The notes: generated from the sequence alone by a model not told the origin. DNA of 64,000 bases from Candidatus Poribacteria bacterium (GCA_965208325.1 OZ242326.1:1824001-1888000), one strand, 5' to 3'. Numbered from the stretch's first letter, positions 1 to 9,141 are shown. Program-made: numbers and translations.

Positions 1-1
1 A

Positions 2-1438
2 GGCATCGACGATGCGGATGAAATATACCCCGCCGCTGCCAAAGCCATCTTCGCCATTACGGAAGAAATAGGCCGCAATCGCGCCGGAACCCATCCGCGA
101 TTGAACCGAAAACTCGACCTCGTTATTCGGCATCAGCCGCTCGGCGATGCAATTCGCACGGTGGTCAAAGAAGGCGGATTCAAACTTGAGCTCATTGACG
201 GCAGCCTCGAAGATGCCGGAGATTTACTGAATTTGACAGACCTTCGGGTGACGTATCTAGACTTGCGCAATGCCACAGTGATTCAAGCCCTTGATTGGCT
301 GCTCGCGCCGTACCATCTGACGTGGGAAATGAAAGGCGCAGACACCATTACCGTCGGCACATCGCGGCGCCTACATGCCGCCTCCGCATGGGGATACGAA
401 ATTGCCCATCTCGCAATACCTTCGGAAACTGAATTCAAGAAATTCAAGTCCGAGGAAGACGTTGAGAACGCGCTAAGCGATTTCCTTCAAGGAGTCAGAA
501 TTGTCATCGACCAGAAGGACGATTCGGGACTCAATCCGGGGTCCGCGGTGTTGATTGACACGTCGCGATTGCTCGTCTACGGCGAGCCGCACATTCACGC
601 GAAAGTAAAGATGTTGCTCGAAGCGTTGCGCGACAATCAACTAGACATCGCGGCAACCGCGGGGCGCAACCTGTCAAAGAAGGAGCGCACATCACTGAAA
701 GCCCTGCAGCAACTAACGGCGAAACGTTGGGAAATGGGGGCTAAGGATCGAGAAGAAGCGGCGGCAAAAGGCGCGCGTGAGCACGTCGAAAGCAGCATGG
801 TCGACACGCCTTGGCAGTTGCTTGCTGAAGCGGTTCGGGGTAGTGTTGACCTTGAGGCACTCACTCTTCTCCAACCGGCTTGGGACAACCCGCATCTCGG
901 AGAAATAGATTCGAAACTTTTGGTCCGCGCTGCTTGGTGCATTGGCATGGCAGCGATAGCAATTCCCGACGATGCTGAACTGACAACTCTTGCCGATAAA
1001 GCCCTATCCACGGTGAAAGCGAAAAAAGTGTTGAACCCAAACCACATCGATGACTCCTCCGGTCTCACGCCTCTATACGCAGCGTTGTTGCTTCAAGACG
1101 GTGACGCTCAAAACAAGCAGGTTGGTAATGCTGTCAAGTCTCTAGCGATGATGAGCCAAAGGTCCTGGGATGGGACGACGCGCCTCATCGCAAAAGGTTG
1201 GCTTAGCACTTCGCCGGAAGTAGATCGCAAGTTATCGAATGCCATTTCAGCGCATGAAATTGAGGGCGACGATAATGTTCTTTTGACTAGCCTGCTAGCC
1301 AAACGCCGCGGCGGCGGGTTGTGGCAGACCTTCCGCGAGGAGATGCCATCCATCGTTGGAAAACAGCGGTTGAACGGTCATTTAGTGGTTCTCGTCAATC
1401 GGCTTGAGTCAGGGCCGCTGGCGTTTAACTCGAAATGA
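2..1438 (+). CDS. Hypothetical protein, 5'-truncated by window edge; STN/secretin-N-like segment
   Basis: Frame is open from position 2 through the track ORF 101..1438. 'PLGDAIRTVVKEGGFKLEL...ATVIQALDWLLAPYHLTWEM' resembles STN-type domains. Confidence 0.6.
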   Translation, partial: GIDDADEIYPAAAKAIFAITEEIGRNRAGTHPRLNRKLDLVIRHQPLGDAIRTVVKEGGFKLELIDGSLEDAGDLLNLTDLRVTYLDLRNATVIQALDWLLAPYHLTWEMKGADTITVGTSRRLHAASAWGYEIAHLAIPSETEFKKFKSEEDVENALSDFLQGVRIVIDQKDDSGLNPGSAVLIDTSRLLVYGEPHIHAKVKMLLEALRDNQLDIAATAGRNLSKKERTSLKALQQLTAKRWEMGAKDREEAAAKGAREHVESSMVDTPWQLLAEAVRGSVDLEALTLLQPAWDNPHLGEIDSKLLVRAAWCIGMAAIAIPDDAELTTLADKALSTVKAKKVLNPNHIDDSSGLTPLYAALLLQDGDAQNKQVGNAVKSLAMMSQRSWDGTTRLIAKGWLSTSPEVDRKLSNAISAHEIEGDDNVLLTSLLAKRRGGGLWQTFREEMPSIVGKQRLNGHLVVLVNRLESGPLAFNSK

Positions 1439-1529
1439 CCGGAGTATTAGATTTGACTGGTTCTGAATTTCGAAAATTTAGCACTCACATAGGATGGCAC
1501 CCTTGAAGTGTGAGCGCTCAATGCCAATG

Positions 1530-1566
1530 GAAAAGCCCTGCTGGAGAATTCAACAGGGCTTTTTCT
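1530..1566. terminator. Intrinsic-terminator-like hairpin, possibly bidirectional
   Basis: AAAAGCCCTG-N13-CAGGGCTTTTT, about 90 nt after the 1438 stop. Confidence 0.6.
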
Positions 1567-1621
1567 AATGCATTGCGAATTTTAACCCAGCATCACCGTT
1601 CTCACATCAAGAGGGCATGCC

Positions 1622-2071
1622 ATGAAAATGACCCGCTTCCAAATTCCTCAACAAATCTTGTGGTTCGCCGCAATACTCAGCCTGACGCACTGTCTCGGTT
1701 GCCTGAACGTCATTGATAAAATCCTCGACAGCGGCGACGAAACATCAAACGGAGACAGCGTTGATGATAGCTGGATTATAACCGATATGTCAGTTAGAAA
1801 GGTTTCGGTGCTAATCGCCGAGAGCCAACCCGTCCAAGTTACGGTTGAGGTCGTTGGGTACCTGCCGGACGGTTGTACCACACGCCATGAGACGCATCAA
1901 TCAAGAGAAGGAAACACTGTTACCATTCAGATGACGATGAAACGCAGCAAGGATAGAATATGCACGAAGGTTGTGACAGACGTTCGAGAGCAGATTTATA
2001 TCGGGACTTTTGCGCCCGGCGATTACCTGGTCACCGTTAACGGTGTGAAAAAGAAATTTCGCGTTGATTAA
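1622..2071 (+). CDS. Secreted or lipoprotein hypothetical protein with a small beta domain
   Basis: Hydrophobic N-terminus ending CLGC, GAGGG RBS, two Cys (DGC...RIC) in the mature domain. Confidence 0.7.
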   Translation: MKMTRFQIPQQILWFAAILSLTHCLGCLNVIDKILDSGDETSNGDSVDDSWIITDMSVRKVSVLIAESQPVQVTVEVVGYLPDGCTTRHETHQSREGNTVTIQMTMKRSKDRICTKVVTDVREQIYIGTFAPGDYLVTVNGVKKKFRVD

Positions 2072-2102
2072 CCTTACGCCTTCCCGGCTCTAAGAATCTT
2101 CC

Positions 2103-4970
2103 CTAAAACAACGTCCGAAATAGAAACTTGATGTTACGCCCCGGCTCAGGCATGACCGATTTGATTCTCGAAAGGTGTTGGCGATATTCGGAGTCGAGGA
2201 GGTTTTCGATTGCGAACACCGCTTGATGTTGGAGCCCCCAAATCGAAAATAAATACTGGCAGCCCAAATCATAGGCGATGTATCCGTCGGTAGGCTCCTC
2301 AAATTCGCCTAACCGATGCTGCGAATTCGCGAATCTTGCCGTCAAATGGAGGTTCAACGGCTCAGTCACGTATCGGAGCGCTATTTTCCCGTTGAGGGGC
2401 GGCATCCGTTCAATGGGCAGTTCACTATCTTTTAAAGTCCCTCTGACGTAACTCGTGCGCACTTGCGCGTGCACTCGCGGCACAATCTCGGCGTCAACGG
2501 TCAACTCGGCGCCGTCAAGGACGGCATCCAGTCCGCGGTATTGGTAAATCCACAACCAGCCCGCGGCACCGCTGCCCCATTCCTTTTCACCGGTGTTTGC
2601 CGGAATCAGGTAACCGTAAATCTGGTTGCTGAAAATTGCTAGATTCAGTTTTAGCCGATTCCCCTTATAGCGCAGAAACGCCTCTGTTCCCCAGCCGTTC
2701 TCGGTGCCGAGTTCAGAGTTGCCGATTTCGTAGGAGTAGGCTGCCAGGTGAGGGCCATCCGAGAAAAGTTCCTCAATTCCTGGAGCGCGGAAGGTTTTCA
2801 TCATCGTTGCGCCCGCCTTCAAACCGCCGGTCCAATGGTAGATGCTAGACACGGCGCCTGACACGCCTCCGAAGTTTCGGCGACGGACTATTCCCGCCGC
2901 GGTCACTGTTCCCGTCGTGAATGGTTCAACTCGCTTGAAGTCGTAGCGAACCGCACCTTGCAGCGTGAAATCGCTAACTTTCTTCTGATTGAAGTAGAAG
3001 CCTGCGATAGACATTTCCCGCGCGTGCGGCGTCCAGTAGAATCCGCCGGTTGAATGATCGCGATATTCGCTCCACACTCCGGTTATGGCGTCATCAGACA
3101 GATGAGCCAGCGCGGACACATTGGTGGTCAACGCAATAAATTCGACGCCGAGCGTCTTGTTGGATTCAAACTCTTGATGTTGATATCGCGTGTGAGTTGA
3201 ATGAATTTTCAACTTCTCAAAGAACGAGCCATTGATTGAATACTCAAAGTTACCTTCATACCGTTGTCGATCGAGTTCGATATTGACTCCGGAGATGTGT
3301 CCTTCCGGCGATCCGGGGATACCGTAATCTGATCGGTTTCGCCCACCCGAAATACCAAGGTGCCCCCAATTCTTGACCACGGAAGCGCCGCTTGAAAAAT
3401 TGGTGTTTGATAGTGAGGTGTTCTCCAAGATACCAACGGGAGTGCGCGTATCGTCGGCATAGCGGCGATTCCATGCCAATCGCCACGCAAGGTCCCCGAT
3501 TGGAATCGTCAATCCTGTTGTCGCGGTAATTCCAGAATTGACAGATTCGCCCTGAAACTTGAGGTCTACGGAAGGGTGATGAGGCAAAGTCCGCGGGACG
3601 GTTTCGCGTTTGACATCTACGACGCCGCCGAGCGTGTTTGAACCGTAGATAAGCGATGCGGGTCCGCGGATGACCTTGATATTTTTTGCGGTGCTCGGAT
3701 CTATCACGACCGCATGGTCGGCTGCGGACGCCGATTTATCGCCGGTGCGCTCGCCATCCTCAAGAATGAGCAATCGGTCACCGCCCATACCCCGGATGAC
3801 CGGTCGCGCCACGGCGCGCCCCATCGACCGCTGTGCGACACTCACCTCATCGCGGAGTGCATCGGCGATGGTTATTCCCATCTTCGCATCCAGCTGTTCC
3901 TCTGAGAGTACGAGGCTAGTAGTTATTTCAAGCTGAGCGAGGACATCATCGTCAGGCGTGACCAAAATCTCTTGCAGTTGTACCACGCTGCCGTCCATCG
4001 AAACGGTTAATGCCGGTAGATTCGGTGCGAGTCTCGCGAAAAACCCGTGCCTGCGCCCATCCGCCGAATCATAGTGTCCGACGATAGACCCGTCCTGATT
4101 GATATTCCAGCCCTCCGTGCTAATGCTGTTCGGAACCGTAAATTCCTGCAGTCCGTCGCGGAACGTTCCGACATAGGTACGTGTGACACCATCCGCCGGT
4201 TTGGCCCGGGAAACGACAACCGTTGCATCGTTGATACCGTGCACAAAATAGAATTCCAGTCTTTCGGCATGTGAAATGTCGAGCGATACAAACGTGCCTT
4301 TCGGGGTACGAATGTATGGATGAAACAAGCCATCAGCGTCTACGTAGCTTCCCACCATACCACCGCTCGCGTTCACGAAATCGGCGTATGTTTCTGACGC
4401 CCCGGGGAACTCAATTACTTCGTCTCCCGAGAATCCGCGGCGAATCCCGGAAGCATCTATATAATTACCCGTCAGTGCCCCGGTCGTATCACTAATACCG
4501 TAAATCTCCGTTTGGACCGCACCTGGAAAATCGTATTGCCGCAACACGCCATTTTCCAAGATTACACCGTGGTACAGACCATCGCTATTCTGGTAGTGGC
4601 CTGCAGCTATCCCTGTGTTACCGAGTGCATAAAAATAGGTGTTCAGCGAGTCGGGGAAATCGTGCGTTAAAAATTCACCGTCAATTAGCGTAAAGCCGAT
4701 TATTTTTTCACCATCAGCGCTTTTTGTGTTGCCCGCGAAATCGCCGCGGTCGCTACTCGCAGTCAACTCTAAAAACTCCACACCGGGAACATCAATCGTC
4801 TCGACAGTATAGTTGGTGCCGCCGATTGCAACAACGGGATTATCGCCGTCCTGCGCATCAGTGCTTTTTAAGAAAAATGAATTGAGGTACATTATCAATA
4901 CAAACGTGCAATACCAAGTTGCATTCGGAGGTGTTGTTTTCATCATGCGAAACGTCCTCTTCAGTTTCAT
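2103..4970 (-). CDS. TonB-dependent receptor (ZnuD-like) with N-terminal HAF-like beta-propeller extension
   Basis: Plug motifs RPVIRGMGGDRLLILEDG and GPASLIYGSNTLGGVV; ELFSDGPH; barrel end NLLDSEY...PGRN...LF; N-terminal repeats like 'GIND..vvG.Y.d.dG..HGF'. Confidence 0.9.
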   Translation of the reverse strand: MKLKRTFRMMKTTPPNATWYCTFVLIMYLNSFFLKSTDAQDGDNPVVAIGGTNYTVETIDVPGVEFLELTASSDRGDFAGNTKSADGEKIIGFTLIDGEFLTHDFPDSLNTYFYALGNTGIAAGHYQNSDGLYHGVILENGVLRQYDFPGAVQTEIYGISDTTGALTGNYIDASGIRRGFSGDEVIEFPGASETYADFVNASGGMVGSYVDADGLFHPYIRTPKGTFVSLDISHAERLEFYFVHGINDATVVVSRAKPADGVTRTYVGTFRDGLQEFTVPNSISTEGWNINQDGSIVGHYDSADGRRHGFFARLAPNLPALTVSMDGSVVQLQEILVTPDDDVLAQLEITTSLVLSEEQLDAKMGITIADALRDEVSVAQRSMGRAVARPVIRGMGGDRLLILEDGERTGDKSASAADHAVVIDPSTAKNIKVIRGPASLIYGSNTLGGVVDVKRETVPRTLPHHPSVDLKFQGESVNSGITATTGLTIPIGDLAWRLAWNRRYADDTRTPVGILENTSLSNTNFSSGASVVKNWGHLGISGGRNRSDYGIPGSPEGHISGVNIELDRQRYEGNFEYSINGSFFEKLKIHSTHTRYQHQEFESNKTLGVEFIALTTNVSALAHLSDDAITGVWSEYRDHSTGGFYWTPHAREMSIAGFYFNQKKVSDFTLQGAVRYDFKRVEPFTTGTVTAAGIVRRRNFGGVSGAVSSIYHWTGGLKAGATMMKTFRAPGIEELFSDGPHLAAYSYEIGNSELGTENGWGTEAFLRYKGNRLKLNLAIFSNQIYGYLIPANTGEKEWGSGAAGWLWIYQYRGLDAVLDGAELTVDAEIVPRVHAQVRTSYVRGTLKDSELPIERMPPLNGKIALRYVTEPLNLHLTARFANSQHRLGEFEEPTDGYIAYDLGCQYLFSIWGLQHQAVFAIENLLDSEYRQHLSRIKSVMPEPGRNIKFLFRTLF

Positions 4971-5085
4971 TTTTTTAATTCTCGTTGGTTGCCAGTGAAC
5001 TTATCCCCATTGTTTAGACTGTCATCAACGGAAATTTAGGTGTAATGGCTACCCAATCCGGCTACGCTTCAACACCATCGAAATT

Positions 5086-5202
5086 AGGATTTGCACGAAG
5101 GTTGTGACCGAAATTCGAGAACAGATTTTTATCGGGACTTTTGCTAACGGTAATTACCTTGCAATCGTTAACGATTTGAAAACGAAGTTCAGCGTTTACT
5201 AA
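5086..5202 (+). pseudogene. 3' remnant of the 1622..2071 gene
   Basis: Translates RICTKVVTEIREQIFIGTFANGNYLAIVNDLKTKFSVY* versus RICTKVVTDVREQIYIGTFAPGDYLVTVNGVKKKFRVD*; no start or 5' part. Confidence 0.85.
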
Positions 5203-5232
5203 TTTTACACCGTCTCGCTCTATTTGTCCTTC

Positions 5233-7851
5233 CTAAAACAACGTCCGATATAGAATCTTGACGTTACGCCCCGGCTCCGGCATCACCGATTTGATTCTAG
5301 AAAGGTGTTGACGGAATTCAGTATTGAATATATTCTCGACAGTGGCTACAAATTGATGTTGAAGTTGCCACATTGAGAACACTACCTGCAAGCCGGCGTC
5401 GTAGACGAGGTACCCGTCTGTCTTTTCTTCAAATTCGCCTAGCCGCTGCTGGTCGTCCGAATACCGCGCTGTCAAATGCAAATTTAACGGTAGGGTAACG
5501 TAGCGCAATGCCACTCGTCCGTTGAGCGGCGGGATGCGTTCGAGCGGCAACCCGCTTGCCGCCAAAGACCCTTTGACGTAACTCATGTGCGACTCTACAT
5601 GAATTCGCGGGAAAATTTCGGCGTCAATACTGATTTCGGCACCGTCGAGGATAGCGTCTTGCCCCTGGTATTGATATATCCACAGCCACCCTGCTGCGCC
5701 GCTACCCCATTCCTTTTCCCCGGTTTGGGTCGGGCTCAGATAGCCGTAAATCTGGTTGCGAAAAACGGCGAGATTGAACTTCATACGGTTGCCTGAATAG
5801 CGCAGAAATGCTTCCGTACCGAAGCCATCCTCCGAACCGAGTTCAGCGTTGCCGATTTCATATGAAAATACCGCGAGATGCGGACCGTCGGAAAAGAGTT
5901 CTTCAATTCCGGGCGTGCGGAATGTTCTCATGAACGTGGCGCCCAACCCAAGGTTTTCGTTCCATTGATAGATGCTTGAGACTGCGCCTGACGCGCCTCC
6001 GAAGTCGCGCTGCTGTACCTTTCCTGCACGTATTTCGACACCTTCAACAAACGGCTCAACCCTTTTCGCGTCGTAACGAAGCGCTGCCTGTAGTGTGAAG
6101 TGGTTGTATCGCTTCTGTTTGAAGAAGAACCCCGCCAAAGATATCTCCCGGGTGTGAGGTGTCCAGTAAAACCCACCCGTCGCATGGTCGCGATACTCGC
6201 TCCAAATTCCTGCAACTGCATCGCCGCGCAAGTGCAGCAGTGCGGTTGTGTTGTATGTCAATACACCGAACTCCACGCCGAGCGTGTTGTTGGATTCATA
6301 CTCTTGGTGTTGATAGCGCGCGTAGGTCGAGTGCAGCTTAATTTTTTCGAGAAACGATCCCTCAAACGCGTATTCCAGATTGCCCTCATACCGTTGGCGA
6401 TCGAGGTCAATGGTAACACCTTGGATGTGGCCTTCGGGCGAGCCGGGGATTCCATAGTCTGAACGGTAGCGGCCGCCGGAAATCCCGATGTGCCCCCAAT
6501 CCTTTACCACTGAAGCACCGGTTGAAAAATTGGTGTTTGATAACGACGTGTTTTCCAAAGTACCGACAGGTGTTTGAATATCGCCGGCGCGGCGGCGGTT
6601 CAGCTCCAACCGCCACGCGAGGTTACCGACCGGAATCGTTACTCCTGTTGTTCCGGTCAGCCCTGAGTTTACCGATTCACTCTGAAACGTGAAGTTCATC
6701 GTCGGCTGGTTGGGGAGAGTTTGCGGGATGGTCTCGCGCTTGACGTTGACTACGCCGCCGAGTGTGCTTGAACCGTAAAGCAGCGACGCTGGACCACGCG
6801 TGATCTCAATCTTTGCCGCGGTAGTTGGGTCAATCGCAACGGCATGGTCAGCAGAGGATGCCGATTTATCGCCTGAGCGCCCGCCGTCTTCGAGGATGAG
6901 CAGACGGTTACCGCCCATTCCCCGGACAACCGGCCGTGCTGCCGATCGCCCCATCGTGCGCTGGGCGATTCCTAGCTCTCCACTAAGGGTCTCGGCAATA
7001 GTTGCGCCCATTTGTTGATTTAGCTTCTGATCAGAGAGTTTGAAATCGGTTGTTTTCTCAAACCGAGCGAGTTCGTCATCGTCAGCCGTGACAATGATTT
7101 CACCGAGCTGGACCGTGCTAGGTTTTAATTTTACATCCAGCCTTATCGGATCCGCATTGACAGCAATTTTCTGATTTAATGTCTCATAACCAACGCACAT
7201 GAATTGCATTCCATGTGTCCCCAACACAATTTGACCAAACTGAAACAGCCCAGTTTCATCAGTTCGCGATTGGATAGTCTTCCCCGCGGCAACAAGGGTA
7301 ACCTCGACGTCCGAGATTGGATTTTTCGTCTCAGCGTCAATCACTTGTCCTGAAACGGAAACGGTGCGGGGCGCGGACAATCCGTCTACATTATGCGTCA
7401 AGAGAATGGCAAAAAGAGAGAACGTAAAAAGTTTAATTGGAGTTATTTCTTTGACCTTGTTCGACAATTTGCAGAGTTGACACATACGGCAGAGATGGCG
7501 ATTGATGAGGTGAACAACTGCTAGCAGAAGTCCGCCCATAGCTATGAAGATTACTTCGCTCCCCTCTGATGCGTGAAACCGTGCAATGTAGATGAGTGTT
7601 AATGCACCACCGAGCATTAGAAACACTCGCCATTTTCGGTGGTGCCGATAGCCCCACGTGAAACTGCCGACAGCAACTCCCACTGCGCCGACAACCAACG
7701 CCAACTCCGCTGACTCGCTGAGAATAAACCCAAGCCCAACCAGAGGCAATACGGTCATCAAGAGCGGGGCTGCCATACAGTGGACGGCACACGCAAACGA
7801 CAAGCATGCGCCTACATTGTCCACGACTGTGTGATTCAGATATCTGTTCAA
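5233..7851 (-). CDS. MerC domain fused in frame to a TonB-dependent receptor (carboxypeptidase-regulatory-like domain + ZnuD-like plug/barrel)
   Basis: aa 1-~128 are nearly identical to stand-alone MerC 29993..30391. Then a signal-peptide-like segment, VSGQVIDAETKNPI...TDETGLF domain, and a plug/barrel paralogous to 2103..4970. Confidence 0.88.
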   Translation of the reverse strand: MNRYLNHTVVDNVGACLSFACAVHCMAAPLLMTVLPLVGLGFILSESAELALVVGAVGVAVGSFTWGYRHHRKWRVFLMLGGALTLIYIARFHASEGSEVIFIAMGGLLLAVVHLINRHLCRMCQLCKLSNKVKEITPIKLFTFSLFAILLTHNVDGLSAPRTVSVSGQVIDAETKNPISDVEVTLVAAGKTIQSRTDETGLFQFGQIVLGTHGMQFMCVGYETLNQKIAVNADPIRLDVKLKPSTVQLGEIIVTADDDELARFEKTTDFKLSDQKLNQQMGATIAETLSGELGIAQRTMGRSAARPVVRGMGGNRLLILEDGGRSGDKSASSADHAVAIDPTTAAKIEITRGPASLLYGSSTLGGVVNVKRETIPQTLPNQPTMNFTFQSESVNSGLTGTTGVTIPVGNLAWRLELNRRRAGDIQTPVGTLENTSLSNTNFSTGASVVKDWGHIGISGGRYRSDYGIPGSPEGHIQGVTIDLDRQRYEGNLEYAFEGSFLEKIKLHSTYARYQHQEYESNNTLGVEFGVLTYNTTALLHLRGDAVAGIWSEYRDHATGGFYWTPHTREISLAGFFFKQKRYNHFTLQAALRYDAKRVEPFVEGVEIRAGKVQQRDFGGASGAVSSIYQWNENLGLGATFMRTFRTPGIEELFSDGPHLAVFSYEIGNAELGSEDGFGTEAFLRYSGNRMKFNLAVFRNQIYGYLSPTQTGEKEWGSGAAGWLWIYQYQGQDAILDGAEISIDAEIFPRIHVESHMSYVKGSLAASGLPLERIPPLNGRVALRYVTLPLNLHLTARYSDDQQRLGEFEEKTDGYLVYDAGLQVVFSMWQLQHQFVATVENIFNTEFRQHLSRIKSVMPEPGRNVKILYRTLF

Positions 7852-7894
7852 TTATTGGCTCCTAACGTCATACGTTACTTTTACCGGTTTCCGC

Positions 7895-7955
7895 TTTGCC
7901 GGTCCGGCATGCCAAATCCGAATTAATCGCTAGATTTGGCACGCTGACAGGCAAA
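7895..7955. other. Long intergenic stem-loop between lipoprotein gene and merC (also 30435..30495)
   Basis: TTTGCCGGTCCGGCATGCCAAATC-loop-GATTTGGCACGCTGACAGGCAAA; no long U-tract, so more likely a stabilising or processing hairpin. Confidence 0.55.
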
Positions 7956-7968
7956 CTTATGTCTTCGG

Positions 7969-8601
7969 TTACGGCGTAACCGTTACGGGAATCAAGAGCG
8001 CCGCCGTGAAATCGGGATGGTCGCCGTGCATGAGTTGGAGCTTGATTTGCGTTTGACCGGCTTTAAGCCCTTTTACCTCAAAGGTGAATTGCTCGGCAAG
8101 CTCATCGCCGTGTTCATCGTGTTCCTCATGCTCATCATGTTCCTCATGCTCATCGTCATCGTCATGCTCATCGTCATCGTCGTGATCATCATGCTCATCG
8201 TGTTCGTCGTGATCGTCGTGGTAAAGGTGTACCTCAATGATTGATGAATCATATCCGCTGAGCGCTAAAGCAAACACCTCTTCCTCGCCATGTTCGTGGT
8301 CGTGGTCGTCTTCCTCTTCCGGATTCTCAGGAAAAAATTCATGGCTGTCGTGGTCAAGGAACGCGGTCAGAACGTCGAGTTCCTCTCCGACTTTGAGCGT
8401 GATACCTCCCGAATGCTCCCCTTCAAATTGACGGTATATCTCGTTCCCGTCAACCTTGAGGACAAAACCGTCTGCATCGGCGTGAAAGGGTTCATCGTCA
8501 TGGCCATTGTCGACAATAGGATTGTCGTCTTCACCGCAAGCAGCGAAAAGTGCAACAGATATGAGTAACAACAACGTAAAACGTAAAACAGGTGTAAACA
8601 T
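7969..8601 (-). CDS. His/Asp/Glu-rich metal-binding lipoprotein, copy 1
   Basis: ATG 8601 after GGAGGA RBS (track start 8637 is probably too long); lipobox LFAAC; HDDHDEHDEH tract; C-terminal LMHGDHPDF. Confidence 0.85.
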   Translation of the reverse strand: MFTPVLRFTLLLLISVALFAACGEDDNPIVDNGHDDEPFHADADGFVLKVDGNEIYRQFEGEHSGGITLKVGEELDVLTAFLDHDSHEFFPENPEEEDDHDHEHGEEEVFALALSGYDSSIIEVHLYHDDHDEHDEHDDHDDDDEHDDDDEHEEHDEHEEHDEHGDELAEQFTFEVKGLKAGQTQIKLQLMHGDHPDFTAALLIPVTVTP

Positions 8602-8760
8602 AATTTCCTCCAGACATAGATAGACTGTATTTCCCAAGCATCACGACTGATGAAACAGTGAAAAATAGGCAGACTACTGCCGAGACTATACACAAGTCAG
8701 CCGGGAAAGACAGATAAAGATTTGGTCAATAAAGACAGCGATATGAGATAAATGAGCAGT

Positions 8761-9066
8761 TTAAACGGGGATAGTCGGCGGGGCGCGACTCCGGACGCAT
8801 TTGTCAAGAATCGTAGAAATGAAAGGTAAGGTGATTGGTCGGCGAATTGAGATGCAGATGTCGAGATTGGTGACATCAACGGGGGTGAGTTCGATACCGA
8901 CGTGGTTGGCATTGAAGAAACAGGCGGAGCAGTGTTCTGAACAGCAATCAACATGCTCATGGTCGTGCGCAAGCGAGATAAGGTTTACCGTTATCAGGTA
9001 ATAGACGATTCCAATCGCTATTGCCCAGGCCACGCTGTTTGGGTGGATTCTAATCTTCTGCAACAC
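8761..9066 (-). CDS. DUF2946/CruR-like leader peptide (TM, HxH, CxxC, C-terminal RAPP), copy 1
   Basis: Hydrophobic N-terminus, AHDHEHVDCCSEHCSAC, ends RSRAPPTIPV*; GAGGTGAGGA RBS. Confidence 0.8.
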   Translation of the reverse strand: MLQKIRIHPNSVAWAIAIGIVYYLITVNLISLAHDHEHVDCCSEHCSACFFNANHVGIELTPVDVTNLDICISIRRPITLPFISTILDKCVRSRAPPTIPV

Positions 9067-9112
9067 TCCTCACCTCATTCATACGTACGAAAATTCGCCA
9101 ACACAGGACAGT

Positions 9113-9141
9113 ATATTAGCACAACCGATCGGTTTTGTCCA
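9113..9141 (-). promoter_or_regulatory. Putative sigma70 promoter with palindromic spacer, copy 1
   Basis: TGGACA-17-TAATAT on minus strand; AACCGATCGGTT palindrome at 9123-9134; conserved in copy 2. Confidence 0.55.

Noticed and set aside
5086..5202. Diversity-generating retroelement template repeat
   Set aside because: Mismatches to 1955-2071 are not adenine-specific, no reverse transcriptase is present, and tandem duplication explains it
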